The notes: generated from the sequence alone by a model not told the origin. A stretch of 63,769 nt of DNA, filler included, from Octopus bimaculoides (GCF_001194135.2; 4 parts of 4 records of this genome joined end to end with filler, not necessarily neighbours in it), one strand, 5' to 3'; counted from the first letter of the whole stretch, positions 24,338 through 36,953 are shown. Translations and numbers: made by a program.

Positions 24338-25344
24338 NNNNNNNNNNNNNNNNNNNNNNNNNNNNNNNNNNNNNNNNNNNNNNNNNNNNNNNNNNNNNNN
24401 NNNNNNNNNNNNNNNNNNNNNNNNNNNNNNNNNNNNNNNNNNNNNNNNNNNNNNNNNNNNNNNNNNNNNNNNNNNNNNNNNNNNNNNNNNNNNNNNNNNN
24501 NNNNNNNNNNNNNNNNNNNNNNNNNNNNNNNNNNNNNNNNNNNNNNNNNNNNNNNNNNNNNNNNNNNNNNNNNNNNNNNNNNNNNNNNNNNNNNNNNNNN
24601 NNNNNNNNNNNNNNNNNNNNNNNNNNNNNNNNNNNNNNNNNNNNNNNNNNNNNNNNNNNNNNNNNNNNNNNNNNNNNNNNNNNNNNNNNNNNNNNNNNNN
24701 NNNNNNNNNNNNNNNNNNNNNNNNNNNNNNNNNNNNNNNNNNNNNNNNNNNNNNNNNNNNNNNNNNNNNNNNNNNNNNNNNNNNNNNNNNNNNNNNNNNN
24801 NNNNNNNNNNNNNNNNNNNNNNNNNNNNNNNNNNNNNNNNNNNNNNNNNNNNNNNNNNNNNNNNNNNNNNNNNNNNNNNNNNNNNNNNNNNNNNNNNNNN
24901 NNNNNNNNNNNNNNNNNNNNNNNNNNNNNNNNNNNNNNNNNNNNNNNNNNNNNNNNNNNNNNNNNNNNNNNNNNNNNNNNNNNNNNNNNNNNNNNNNNNN
25001 NNNNNNNNNNNNNNNNNNNNNNNNNNNNNNNNNNNNNNNNNNNNNNNNNNNNNNNNNNNNNNNNNNNNNNNNNNNNNNNNNNNNNNNNNNNNNNNNNNNN
25101 NNNNNNNNNNNNNNNNNNNNNNNNNNNNNNNNNNNNNNNNNNNNNNNNNNNNNNNNNNNNNNNNNNNNNNNNNNNNNNNNNNNNNNNNNNNNNNNNNNNN
25201 NNNNNNNNNNNNNNNNNNNNNNNNNNNNNNNNNNNNNNNNNNNNNNNNNNNNNNNNNNNNNNNNNNNNNNNNNNNNNNNNNNNNNNNNNNNNNNNNNNNN
25301 NNNNNNNNNNNNNNNNNNNNNNNNNNNNATATATATGAACATGG

Positions 25345-25510
25345 AGAACTGGCAGAATCATTTGCATGCCAGGAAAAATGCTTTACAGCATTTCATTTGA
25401 CATTATCTCTGAGTTGTTTAAATTCCGCCATGGTCAACTTTGTCTTTTATCATTTCAGGGTTGATAAAATAAGTACCAGTTGACCACTGGGGTCAATATA
25501 ATCGACTTGC
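25345..25510 (+). mobile_element. SINE family 2 copy
   Basis: gaactggcagaatc...aaattccgccatggtcaactttg...gataaaataagtaccagttg, homologous to copies at 35080-35490, 43705-43935 and 58320-58510. Confidence 0.6.
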
Positions 25511-25525
25511 ATCCTCCTCCTCCTC

Positions 25526-25600
25526 AGAAGAAGAAGAAGAAGAAGACGAAGAAGAAGAAGAAGAAGAAGAAGAAGAAGAAGAAGAAGGAGAAGAAGAAGA
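25526..25600. repeat. (AAG)n microsatellite just downstream of the VKOR stop
   Basis: Direct reading. Confidence 0.95.
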
Positions 25601-25689
25601 CAACAATGACGACAACAACTGTCAATTATGCAAAACCTTTATTTCTTTCTTTGATTGTTTCGGGAGCCATGATTGTTTGTTAAACGGAA

Positions 25690-25883
25690 TTAAACGGTCA
25701 TTTTGTTGTAGGCAGCATAGTTTAAAATCAGAATACATGCATTGATGACATAGGTTGCCATACACAAGATACAGAGGTCTTTGAGCACAAAGACAAGAAT
25801 ATATGCCAGATATACACAGCCAAGCACCGAGATCAAAGCAGACCAATAAAGCACGAAAATTGGTATATAACCAGGAAAAAAAC
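25690..25883 (-). CDS. VKORC1: Vitamin K epoxide reductase (VKOR) last coding exon
   Basis: ttttcag| phase 1, (S)FFPGYIPIFVLYWSALISVLGCVYLAYILVFVLKDLCILCMATYVINACILILNYAAYNKMTV*. Catalytic CXXC (CILC) and TY motif are present. A candidate AATAAA lies at 25643-25638. Confidence 0.95.
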
Positions 25884-26029
25884 CTGAAAATATGAACAGA
25901 AATATAAATTAAAGAATCATTTATCATTTAGATCAAGGTGGTTGTGTTGCGTTTTATCATTTTTTTTTTTAAAGAAAAATCTAGTTTGGAATATCATATA
26001 ATAACTGAGCATAGAATATAAATCTTTTA

Positions 26030-26405
26030 TTAGACTGCGGCCATGCTGGGGCACCACCTTGAATTTGTAGTCGAATCAACCCCAGTACTTTTTGTTTTAA
26101 GCCTGGTATCTATTTTATTGTTCCCTTTTGCCAAACCACTAGGTTATGGGGATGCAGAACTCCAACACTGGTTGTCAAACAGTCCTGAAGTGTGTGTGTG
26201 TGTGGTGGGGGACACACATAGACACACACATATATTTATATACATATATATGACAGGCTTCTTTTATTCAGTTTATGTCCACCATATCCACTCACAAGGC
26301 TTTGGTTTGCCTGAGACTATAGTAGAAGACACTTGCCCAAGGTGCCACGCAGTGAGAATGAACCCAGAACCATGTGGCTAGAAAGCAAGCTTCTTACCAC
26401 ACAGC
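26030..26405 (-). mobile_element. tRNA-derived SINE family 1 (abundant octopus-type SINE)
   Basis: Reverse complement of the head (ggttc...cagtcccactg..gcaccttgggcaagtgtcttc), internal (TA/TG)n and tail. Confidence 0.8.
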
Positions 26406-26682
26406 CATAATTTTAAAATTAAATTTATGCGTTTTACCATGCCACCATGGGTTAGGCAAATACATGTTACTGAGACATCGTTTTTACCGCTTATTTTCTT
26501 CCTACCATTCATGTTTACCTATTTTTCAGAGTCATGTAAGTATGTTTACTAAATACATATACAGCAATCCGTCACCATATTACAGTTCTCCCATCGTGGT
26601 TCACCTATTGTGGTTTATTACTTAAGATAACATGGATTCCTCCGTGGTGTTGTTTTGCATTTATAATAAAATAAATATATAC

Positions 26683-27102
26683 AGGCGCAGGAGTGGCTGT
26701 GTGGTAAGTAGCTTGCTTACCAACCACATGGTTCCGGGTTCAGTCCCACTGCGTGGCACCTTGGGCAAGTGCCTTCTACTATAGCCTCGGGCCGACCAAA
26801 GCCTTGTGAGTGGATTTAGTAGACGGCAACTGAAAGAAGCCCGTCGTATATATGTATATATATATATGTATATGTGTGTGTGTCTGTGCGTCTGTGTTTG
26901 TTCCCTTAGCATTGCTTGACAACCGATGCTGGTGTGTTTATGCCCCTGTCACTTAGCGGTTCGGCAAAAGAGACCGATAGAATAAGTACTAGGCTTACAA
27001 AGAATAATTCCTGGTGTCGATTTGCTCGAGTAAAGGCGGTGCTCCAGCATGGCCGCAGTCAAATGACTGAAACATGTAAAAGAGTAAAAGAGTAAAGAGT
27101 AA
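26683..27102 (+). mobile_element. SINE family 1, full length
   Basis: ggcgcaggagtggctgtgtggtaag head, internal microsatellite, ccagcatggccgcagtcaaatgactgaaac and (aagagtaa)n tail. Confidence 0.9.
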
Positions 27103-28797
27103 ATACTGTTTCTACTTTGTGGATTTTCACCTATTGCAGGGGTTTTGGAGTGTAACACCCATGATAGTTGAGGGATTACTGTATTTAACCCATGATAGCT
27201 GAGGGATTACTGTATTTATACATATAAACACTCGTGTTAATGCCACATAAAATCGTTCATGCCAGCGGCATGTTAAAAGCATCAAGCATACATTGTAAAG
27301 TGGGTGATGTTCGGAAGGGCATCCAACTGTAGAAGAAACCAAGCCACATCAGACTGGAACCTGGTGTAGCTGCCCAGCTTTCCGGTTCTGGTCAAACCAT
27401 CCAACCCATGCCAGCATGGAAAACGGACATTTGATGACGATGATGATAGTAGGGCCTCCATATATGTGAGTTAAACAACTTTAATAAGCAAAACTAACTC
27501 TGCTGAAGTTTTTCTACGTCTAAATGACAACATGAAAGGGAGATAATTCATATAAATCAACTAACTGACATTTTGGATGAAAAGAGACTCCACAGATTGT
27601 AGTGCATCAATTTTAGAATTACATTAGTTAAACATATTTATCGAGACTCATTGTTATTGTTCTTTAACCCTAGGTTAGTCCTGATCAAGTAGACCTATGA
27701 CCACAGATGTCCACACTGTAAATCATTTCATCTTTATTTTAACATTGCTAAGAATAGTTAAGCAGATGTTACTTGAGAGACACTTATCACTTTATCAATC
27801 CATACATGTACATATATATGCATATACTCATATATTGTTTGTATCACACGACAGAACGCACACGTTATCTTTACACAGTAAGTTTTTAACTATTTTTCTA
27901 ATGCGACTCTCTCTATCTCTATATCTATCTCCCCCTCTCATTCTTCCTTCTACTGTTCTTCGCCTCTGCCTGTCACTACTATCTCTCTCTCTCTCTGTAT
28001 CTCTCGTTGCTCGTCCTTCGCCTCTCACTGTCACTACTACTATCTCTCTCCCTCTCTACCTCTCGTTGCTCACTTTTATTCTACTTCCTCCCCTTCTTCT
28101 CCCTCTGCTACTCGCTGGTCACATGTGTCCGGTTGCTATTTCTTTTCAGTCTTGGACTCCCCAAGCTTCGCACGCACTTCTTCGCCTCTCCAGTTCGTGC
28201 TTCACAGCGTTCAATACACACACACTTCTCCACGTCTGGCTGTACAGCCTTTTTGTTTGTTTATTTCACCGTTTCGTTTTCCTGTCTTGTTTTCCGTCCG
28301 CCACTATCCTCCACGAAAAAAATTTAATTTGTGTTACTGGGAAGAGCCATTTTAACAATGCGTCCTGCCCTAACTCTTCGAAACGCCGGTGTTTTAATGG
28401 TGGCAGCTGATGAAGGATATGTCCTCTATGTGGCCTGCTTGTTTGTTGTACCTTGTTTATCATTTTGTCCATGTTCTTTTGNNNNNNNNNNNNNNNNNNN
28501 NNNNNNNNNNNNNNNNNNNNNNNNNNNNNNNNNNNNNNNNNNNNNNNNNNNNNNNNNNNNNNNNNNNNNNNNNNNNNNNNNNNNNNNNNNNNNNNNNNNN
28601 NNNNNNNNNNNNNNNNNNNNNNNNNNNNNNNNNNNNNNNNNNNNNNNNNNNNNNNNNNNNNNNNNNNNNNNNNNNNNNNNNNNNNNNNNNNNNNNNNNNN
28701 NNNNNNNNNNNNNNNNNNNNNNNNNNNNNNNNNNNNNNNNNNNNNNNNNNNNNNNNNNNNNNNNNNNNNNNNNNNNNNNNNNNNNNNNNNNNNNNNN

Positions 28798-28843
<46 letters not shown>

Positions 28844-28888
28844 GAGAGTATTGTAATTAGCTTGAAGCATTGTGTATTATTTGTAAAG

Positions 28889-29595
28889 AATAAAAAGTTT
28901 TGAATGGTACAACAATGTACTAGAATACAAAGAATGGACTATACACCTGTTGTAATTTGGTTATCTATAGTCCGATGATATTTCGGAATATAATTCCTTC
29001 TTCAGATCTTAGATGGAGTCTCTGCTATAAACTGTTTTCCAACGGCTTTTCTTTTTTCCGGAAGTGACTCAGCGGTGGTCTCACGAAGCTCCTTCCAGAA
29101 TTCCTCATGAGAAGTGCGTGAGGTTGGCTATGTTTCAGTCTCGTGTGCGTTGGTACATCTGTAGAGCTGCTTCTAAGTTATGTGTTATACGTGCAGCTTC
29201 TCTTTTTTCCCCCTTTTTTTTCCTCTTTTTTTTTTTTTACAAACAATACAAGAGCATGTTATTAAGAATGAACCTACATGCATCCAGATGTAGCTAAATA
29301 ATATATTGATTACCAACCTCCAGCCTGTTGTTAATTTGGGGTCCTAGTCTGTGTATGAGTAAAGCTTCCTTAATTCTTAAATTACGCAAATTTCTTTTAT
29401 TGGCCTCAATTGCGACTGTTATGCTTTTGTCAGTGTGCTGGCATCTGTCTAGATGTTTCCTGAAGGAGGAGACTCTCGTGTTCAGATGTTTGTATTTCGA
29501 AATATCATCGAACTATAGATAACTAAATTACAACAGGTATATAGTCCATTTTTTTGTATTATAGTGCATTGTTGTACCATTCAAAACTTTTTATT
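28889..29595 (-). mobile_element. Penelope-like 3' fragment (GIY-YIG C-terminus + 3'UTR) with inverted pseudo-LTR
   Basis: Minus peptide SSFRKHLDRC...IEANKRNLRNLRIKEALLIHRLGPQINNRLE. 28889-28985 is an inverted repeat of about 29497-29595. It contains a hammerhead motif. Confidence 0.75.
28974..29008 (-). ncRNA. Minimal type I hammerhead ribozyme motif
   Basis: GAT CTGAAGA A GGAAT TAT ATTCC GAA ATAT C ATC: stem I GAT/ATC, core CUGANGA plus 1 nt, 5-bp stem II, GAA, palindromic ATAT stem III, cleavage site C17. Confidence 0.7.
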
Positions 29596-29775
29596 TTATA
29601 TATATATATATATATATATNNNNNNNNNNNNNNNNNNNNNNNNNNNNNNNNNNNNNNNNNNNNNNNNNNNNNNNNNNNNNNNNNNNNNNNNNNNNNNNNN
29701 NNNNNNNNNNNNNNNNNNNNNNNNNNNNNNNNNNNNNNNNNNNNNNNNNNNNNNNNNNNNNNNNNNNNNNNNNNN

Positions 29776-30076
29776 GACCAATGCCTTGTGAGTGGATTTG
29801 GTAGGCGGAAACTGAAAGAAACCCGTCGTATATATGTATATATATATATATGTATGCGTGTTTGTGTGTCTGTGTTTGTCCCCCCCCAACATCGCTTGAC
29901 AACCGATGCTGGTGTGTTTACATCCCCGTAACTTAGCGGTTCGGCAAAAGAGACCGATAGAATAAGTACTAGGCTTACAAAGAATAAGTCCTGTGGTCAA
30001 TTTGTTCGACTAAAGGCAGTGCTCCAGCATGGCCGCAGTCAAATGACTGAAACAAGTAAAAGAGTAAAAGAGTAAA
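29776..30076 (+). mobile_element. SINE family 1 (5' end in gap)
   Basis: Body and tail match the 26683 copy. Confidence 0.85.
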
Positions 30077-30410
30077 GTATATATATATATAGTAATAATA
30101 ACAATAATCCATGGATGCAATTTTATAAATATTTCAATGCATTGCTACAGGCGTAGTGAAGTATTAGGATATTTAAAAATTCCATCCAAGGATTATATTA
30201 TTATTATTATTATTACTGTATTTATCCTACATTATATCGGCACAACTCGGTGTGACCCCAAGAAACTGATATCACCAGGTGGCAGCATTAGGCAATAGCT
30301 GACATAATTGAATAGGCGCTTTTATATGCATATTCAAAATGTTGCCTGTAAACTAATATACCAAACAAGCAAGGAATATGAATATGTACACACACACATA
30401 TATATATGTA

Positions 30411-30445
<35 letters not shown>

Positions 30446-30497
30446 ATTCATATTCCATCCTTGTTTGGTACAATAGTTATTATATGATATTCTAAAC

Positions 30498-30831
30498 CAG
30501 GCCTGGCCAGCTCGAATTACATTGCGGGCCACTTTAATCACAGAAAGTTTTTTGAGGGCCGCTTGTATACTGACAGAATTGAAAGCATTTTGCTTTCTCG
30601 TTTTATTATTACAATAATGAATGAATGATTATTGATTCAACATAAAATATTATTATCATTGCAAAAACAGTAGTATCTTTCTTTTTTACTTTGCATTACA
30701 ATCTTTAATTTTTGGTAAAAGTTTTAAACTGTTTGTTTAAATAAACCCATTTCAAGAAAGTATCAAGCAGGCCACAAAATAAAAGTCTGTGGGCTGTATG
30801 CGTCCTACAGGCCTCAGGTTGGTCAGCCCTG
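30498..30831. mobile_element. hAT (Charlie-type) MITE
   Basis: Imperfect TIRs caggcctggccagc / gttggtcagccctg, with a perfect 8-bp TSD TTCTAAAC (30490-30497 and 30832-30839). Confidence 0.85.
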
Positions 30832-31039
30832 TTCTAAACAAAAGAATAGGTCAATATGAAAACATATGTCTGCAGAACAGAGTGATGGGAAATGGACTGG
30901 GCTGATGATATTGCTTACAGGTTGAGGTAAAATGGTCACAAGTGTGCTTTGACAAAAGGACTAAAGGTGAGTCAAAAAAGAAAAAAAACGATGGTATGTT
31001 GGCATGTTAAATAAAAGAAGACGGTATGAAAGAACTTAC

Positions 31040-31149
31040 TCAAGATTATCTGTGCAGCATAGAAGAGGATTCCAAGATTACAGTTTCTCACATTCATGAA
31101 GTTTTCTTTTCCAACCAATGCTTCAACAATCCCAAAACCTCGTCCATAT
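31040..31149 (-). CDS. VKORC1: VKOR middle coding exon (110 bp)
   Basis: tttcccag|A TAT GGA CGA...: YGRGFGIVEALVGKENFMNVRNCNLGILFYAAQIIL|gtaagt. Same 110-bp length and phases (2/1) as vertebrate VKORC1 exon 2. Confidence 0.95.
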
Positions 31150-31259
31150 CTGGGAAATAACGAGGATAATGAGAATTGCCAGATTAGTGAACTAATATAA
31201 CAATAACAAAATTATAACTACAACAACAACAACATATCTCACTGACCTCATTACCCTCA

Positions 31260-31490
31260 TCACCATCAACATGAAGACCGTCACCATCAACATGAAGACC
31301 GTCACCATCAACATGAAGACCGTCACCATCAACATGAAGACCGTCACCATCAACATGAAGACCGTCACCATCAACATGAAGACCGTCACCATCAACATGA
31401 AGACCGTCACCATCAACATGAAGACCGTCACCATCAACATGAAGACCGTCACCATCAACATGAAGACCGTCACCATCAACATGAAGACCA
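31260..31490. repeat. 21-bp minisatellite (TCACCATCAACATGAAGACCG) x11
   Basis: Eleven units, identical except the last base of the last unit. Confidence 0.95.
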
Positions 31491-33626
31491 TCACCAGCAT
31501 CATCATGATCCTCATCACTGCTGCCGCTACTGCTGGTATTGTTTTCGGTCATGTTTGTTTGCTTCTTTGTTTGTCCATGGATAAGATATCTCAAGGACTG
31601 CAGGATGGATTTGGATGAAACTTTCAGGAATGTTTGGCCTCGTGACCAGCACAAACTGATTAGATTATGGGATCGATCCAGTACTGGACAAAGATTCTGG
31701 ATTATTTGTCATATTTACTTTACATGAAGTATTATGATTTTACAGACACGGCCCACACACTCAACTTCACATTCCATGACTACCATTGGGATCAATCAGG
31801 TACCAAACAAGGATTCTGGATTATTTTTCCTGTTTTTTTACTTAATTTTTTAAAGTGGTTGGGTCCATTTTTAGTATTCTCGTTTGTGAGAACATTTGGG
31901 TTTATTTCAGATATTCTCATTTTAAAAATCATTTCCAGCTAATCATTGAGAGGACATTGGTGTTGCCTAGGCAGAGGTTTATGTTCTCTGAGTGCTCTTG
32001 TTATGTCTATTTTGTTTTTGCATGGGTTACAGGAAACTTTGTTGAGGCAGTTTTAATATGGCCAGATGCTTCTCCAGTTGTTAAGCCTTTCTTGTTTTAT
32101 TTCTGTATTCTGTTAATCATAACATGTCGACTGAATTACTGGAACCAGTAATTGATGTCACTGTTTCTTGCTCAAACATTACTGAGGATGACATGGAATT
32201 GACATTCACACTCAAACATCAGTAAAATCTCTGCTCATAGGGAGCAACTTTTGTTGAAGACAAATGTAAACACACACATACCCCCCACCTCCACCACCGC
32301 TGCCGCCACCGCCACCACCACCACCACCATCATCATCATCATTTAATATCCATTTTCCATGCTGGCATGGGTTGAGCTGTTTGAGAGGAGATGGCCAGTC
32401 AGAAGACTGTGTTAAGCTCTACAGTTTGTTTTGGACAGGTTTCTATGGCTGAAAGCCCTTTCTAATACTGACCACTTTGCAGAATTTGCTGGGTGCTTTT
32501 TACATGACACCAGCACCAGTGAGGTGACCAAGCAACTTACAAGACAAGACTCCCTCAACTCAGAGGGAGTATTGAGGAAGGTGGCTTTATGCTAGGTAAT
32601 GAGAGGTTAAAGTATAAATAGAGGGACAGGAACAGGTGTGTTGCTGTAGGGGAGATACAAGGTTACCCCTGTTGGAAAAGAGAGAAGAAGTGTCAATGTG
32701 TACCTGTAATTTAGAGGAAGCTGCAAATAACAAAGGAAGTGCAAGAGATTGGACAGGATGAGTGGGTAATAAATCTGAGAGAATATGGAAGAAGAATGGT
32801 CGAAGGATAGAGAATACAGTGAATGGTAACCACAGATGGAGGCATAGTCAGTCATGAATATCTATTAGAGTTGGGGAGGTAGTGGAAAATAGGTGTGGGT
32901 CAGGGAGGAAATAGGTGAAAACAGAGATGAAGTGAAGTGTGTAGGAGTTGGGTGTGAGAAAGATGTAAAGTGCCAGAGAAGAAATCAGAGGTGAATAGAG
33001 GAGTTAATAGTGCAGAATGAAAAGAAGTAGTGGGTGTGCAGCCATTGGCAAAATGAAGGGATGTATAGGGGAAAGGAGAGGAGAAAGAAAAGTATAGTGG
33101 AAAATAAGGTGGTAAGGGATGATACCGAGCAGGGCCTCATTTTTGCCTGGATGCATGAGTCGTCACTAGCAGAACAAATCATCACTCATCATGGTCCTTT
33201 GTTATCCCCTCAGTGAGACTCAACATCCAGAGGTCATTTTTCCCTGCTTTTCTCCGCTTTTTCCAGAATCTCCCTCTTCCACCAAAAATTTAATGATTGA
33301 CACATCTTTATGCAGCTGTCCTCATTCATCCACATCACATGAACATACTAGCAAAATATTCTCTCTTACACTCTACATCAGATGCTTCTTATGATGTCCA
33401 ATTTTTCTCTCAACACATTTACACTCTGTCACACATGCACACTGACATACACATCCAGTGGAGGAGGCAAGCTTCATTTTTTTTCACGCCCTTACATGTC
33501 ATCTTTATTTACAGCTCAGGTTTCACAACCACGTAACATTGCTGTTCATACACAAGCATTGTACAATTTGCCTTTCAGTCTGAGAAAGGGAGGGCCTTTT
33601 GTACAAAATGAGGTAATAGCTCTTTC

Positions 33627-33663
<37 letters not shown>

Positions 33664-34162
33664 TTTTATTCATTTACTTGTTTCAGTCATTTGACTGCGG
33701 CCATGCTGGNNNNNNNNNNNNNNNNNNNNNNNNNNNNNNNNNNNNNNNNNNNNNNNNNNNNNNNNNNNNNNNNNNNNNNNNNNNNNNNNNNNNNNNNNNN
33801 NNNNNNNNNNNNNNNNNNNNNNNNNNNNNNNNNNNNNNNNNNNNNNNNNNNNNNNNNNNNNNNNNNNNNNNNNNNNNNNNNNNNNNNNNNNNNNNNNNNN
33901 NNNNNNNNNNNNNNNNNNNNNNNNNNNNNNNNNNNNNNNNNNNNNNNNNNNNNNNNNNNNNNNNNNNNNNNNNNNNNNNNNNNNNNNNNNNNNNNNNNNN
34001 NNNNNNNNNNNNNNNNNNNNNNNNNNNNNNNNNNNNNNNNNNNNNNNNNNNNNNNNNNNNNNNNNNNNNNNNNNATATATATATATATATATATATATAT
34101 CATCACTTAATGTCCATTTTCCATGCTGGTATGAGTTGGACCAATATTTGTGTGTATATGTG

Positions 34163-34203
<41 letters not shown>

Positions 34204-34640
34204 TGTCACACTGAATGATTATAAAGTCAGTGTTTATTAAAACACATTTAATTTTCAACATTTAATAGAATTAACAGAGAAAATTTACTCATCTTGTTTT
34301 CAAACTAATGACCATTCTTGTTCATGGTTGATAATGTGAAGTTATGAAATTGCAAACATCAAAAACCATTTCATTTAATATTTGTAACACATTCTTGTTC
34401 AGTGGCGGGCTGCAATTTCTTGAATGTTGCTGGTTTTGTACGATAAACATAAAAAATGTCTAGTGGTGTAAGCTCCAATTCTATAGAAAATCTGTACAGA
34501 AAAACCTTAACAAATCAATGCATTGTATTTCTGGCAAAATGCAAGTTAAGGTATGGCATAGTACCAGTTTCTGCTATCCATATCATGTAGACTTAATCTA
34601 GAGTATTGGTTCACTCTGTCTTACAAATTTGTAATCAATA

Positions 34641-35058
34641 GGTGCAGGAGTGGCTGTGTGGTGAGTAGCTTGCTTACCAACCACATGGTTCTGGGTTCAG
34701 TCCCACTGTGTGGCACCTTGGGCAAGTGTCTTCTACTATAGCCTCGGGCCGACCAAAGCCTTGTGAGTGGATTTAGTAGACGGAAACTGAAAGAAGCCCG
34801 TTGTATATATATATATATATATATATGTGTATGTATGTGTGTGTATATGTTCGTGTGTCTGTGTTTGTCTCCCCAGCTTCGCTTGACGACCGATGCCGGT
34901 GTGTTTGCGTCCCCGTAACTTGGCGGTTCGGCAAAAAGAGACCAATAGAATAAGTACTATGCTTCCAAAGAATAAGTCCTGGAGTCGAGTTGCTCGACTA
35001 AAGGCGGTGCCCCAGTATGGCCGCAGTCAAATGACTGAAACAAGTAAAAGAGTAAAAT
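34641..35058 (+). mobile_element. SINE family 1, full length
   Basis: Head, microsatellite core and tail as in the 26683 copy. Confidence 0.9.
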
Positions 35059-35079
35059 AATTACATATAAAATATTGGT

Positions 35080-35490
35080 TTTAAATTTTGGCACGAGGCC
35101 AGTAATATCACGGAATGAGGTAAGTTGATTACATTGGCCAACAGTGCTCAACCGGTACTGATTTTATTGACCTCAAAACTGATGGAATTTGAACTCAAAA
35201 GACAAAGATGGACTAAATGATGTTAAGCATTTTGCCCAGGTTGCTAACAATTCTGCCAGCTTTCATCCTTGCATATAAAATATTGGTTTTAAATTCCACA
35301 TTTTAAGGCCCACAAATTCAGTAGAGGGCTGAGTTGATTACATTGAACCCCAGTACTCCACTGGTACTTATTTTATCGACCCAGAAAAGATGACAGGCAA
35401 AGTCAACCTTAGTGACATTTGAACTCAGAATGTAAAAGATGAACGCAATGCTAATAAGCATTTTGTCTGGTGTGCTAATGATTGCTGCCT
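35080..35490 (-). mobile_element. Two tandem SINE family 2 copies
   Basis: Repeated atataaaatattggtttt...gattacatt...ggtact..ttttat.gac...tttgaactca...gcatttt...gctaa blocks. Confidence 0.6.
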
Positions 35491-36953
35491 TGCATATAAG
35501 ATATTACATAAAATATACTGTTACCGTATAAGCAAAGTGCTCACCAAAGATATAAATTCTGTCTGCCATTTACAGAGTTCAGATAGATTTTGCTTGTCTG
35601 ACTCAAGTAAATAACATCTGCATATTTTTTCATCAACGAGAAAGACACAATAAACTTTTGTATTTTATATCAGTTTGTTAATTTTTTTTTTGTTATATCT
35701 CAGGAGGGTCAATATGTCAATAATAAACACACACACACACAATTCTTTTATTTTTATCAGTCAATTTGGTTAATCATGTAACTGATTAACTAATTGACTG
35801 TTTCATTAATTGCTTAGTCAATCAACCAATAAGATAGATTTGTCAGAGTTCTTTCATTGCTATTGGATGTGTAACGTTACCATACATGAGTGACAATATA
35901 GAAAAACAAGCTGAGAGAAGAATTGGGAATAAGAGGAATCAGGTGCAGTGTGCAAGAGAGAAAACTGTCAGTGTGGACAAGCATGTAATACATATAAAGG
36001 AGGAGGAGATCTGCATAAAGTGTTGAGCACTCAATGGTCACGGGTACTGATCTATAAATACCCAAGATATACATAAACCACATCAAAATAATCTCACTAG
36101 TCTTAGAGGCTCTGCATAAATGACAACAGCATTAAAAACAAAATTTCCACCCGTTCCTTTGACAATCTTTTAAAATATAATTTCAAAAATAGGACAGTTA
36201 TAAATAGCAAGTTTGCTTCCCAACCATGTGGTTCTGGGTTCAGTTCCACTGTGAAACACCTTGAGCAAGTGTCTTCTACGATAGCCTTAGGTAGCCTTGT
36301 GGATTTGGTGGATGGAGACTGAAAGAAGTGAATGACCGAGACCTTTCATGATATGCTGTGCTTCAGAAGACTCATCAAGCCATGTGAAATCGTAGTTGTG
36401 GCTGTTGCCAATGTCATGTAATTGACACCTGTAGTTGTGGATGTTGCTGGTGTTATGTAAATGGCACCTGTGCCGGTGGCTTGTAAAAAGCACTCATTAC
36501 ACTCTTGGAGTGGTTGGCGTTACGAAGGATGTCCAGCCGTAGAAACCATGCCAAATCAGACTGGGACTTGGTGCAGTTCTTCAGCTTACCAGTTCCAGTC
36601 AAACCATCTAAACATCTAACAAATGCCAGTATGGAAAGTGGACGTTAAAAGATGGTGATTAATATATATATGTATGTGTGTGTGTGTGTGTGTATGTGTG
36701 TGTGTGTGTGTGTTTTGTCTTTGTGTCTATATTTGTCAGTTAACACTGCTTGACAACCATGTTGGTGTGTTTATGTCTCTGTAACTTAGCAGTTCATCTT
36801 CAGAGATCGATAGAATAAGTACCAAGCTTAGAGAAAATAAGTACTGAGGTTGATTCATTCCACTAAAAATCCTTTGAGGTGGTGCCCCAGTATGGCCGCA
36901 GTCTGCTGATTGAAATGTGTAAAAAGTAAATAAACAATAAATCAGTCACTTAC

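Noticed and set aside
21920-25483. Long ORFs made of X and YI/CV/HT repeats (also 28331-28903, 33382-34209, 46612-47680, 49534-50203, 54449-55211, 57278-57842)
   Set aside because: Artefacts of N gaps and dinucleotide microsatellites.
25622-25927. 101-aa ORF in the provided track
   Set aside because: Wrong frame. The VKOR exon with CILC is in another frame, entered by splicing at 25883.
26700-26760. tRNA-like sequences at SINE heads
   Set aside because: They do not form full cloverleaves and continue into SINE bodies, so they are not tRNA genes.
18231-27183. Inverted pair of Tigger TIRs (about 18231 and 27181) bracketing VKOR exon 3, as if one 9-kb composite element
   Set aside because: The VKOR exon structure is ancestral and this TIR family is abundant. 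Two independent remnants are more parsimonious.
27697-28410. 237-aa Leu/Ser-rich ORF
   Set aside because: Low-complexity CT-rich sequence with no recognisable domain.
28360-28430. GAAACGC...CTGATGAAGGA as a permuted hammerhead
   Set aside because: Stems do not pair convincingly and no GAAA follows stem II.
31184-31654. ORFs with DGDGLHV / MKTVTIN repeats resembling a repeat protein, and a CRISPR-like look
   Set aside because: They are translations of the intronic minisatellite. There are no spacers, no cas genes, and the context is eukaryotic.
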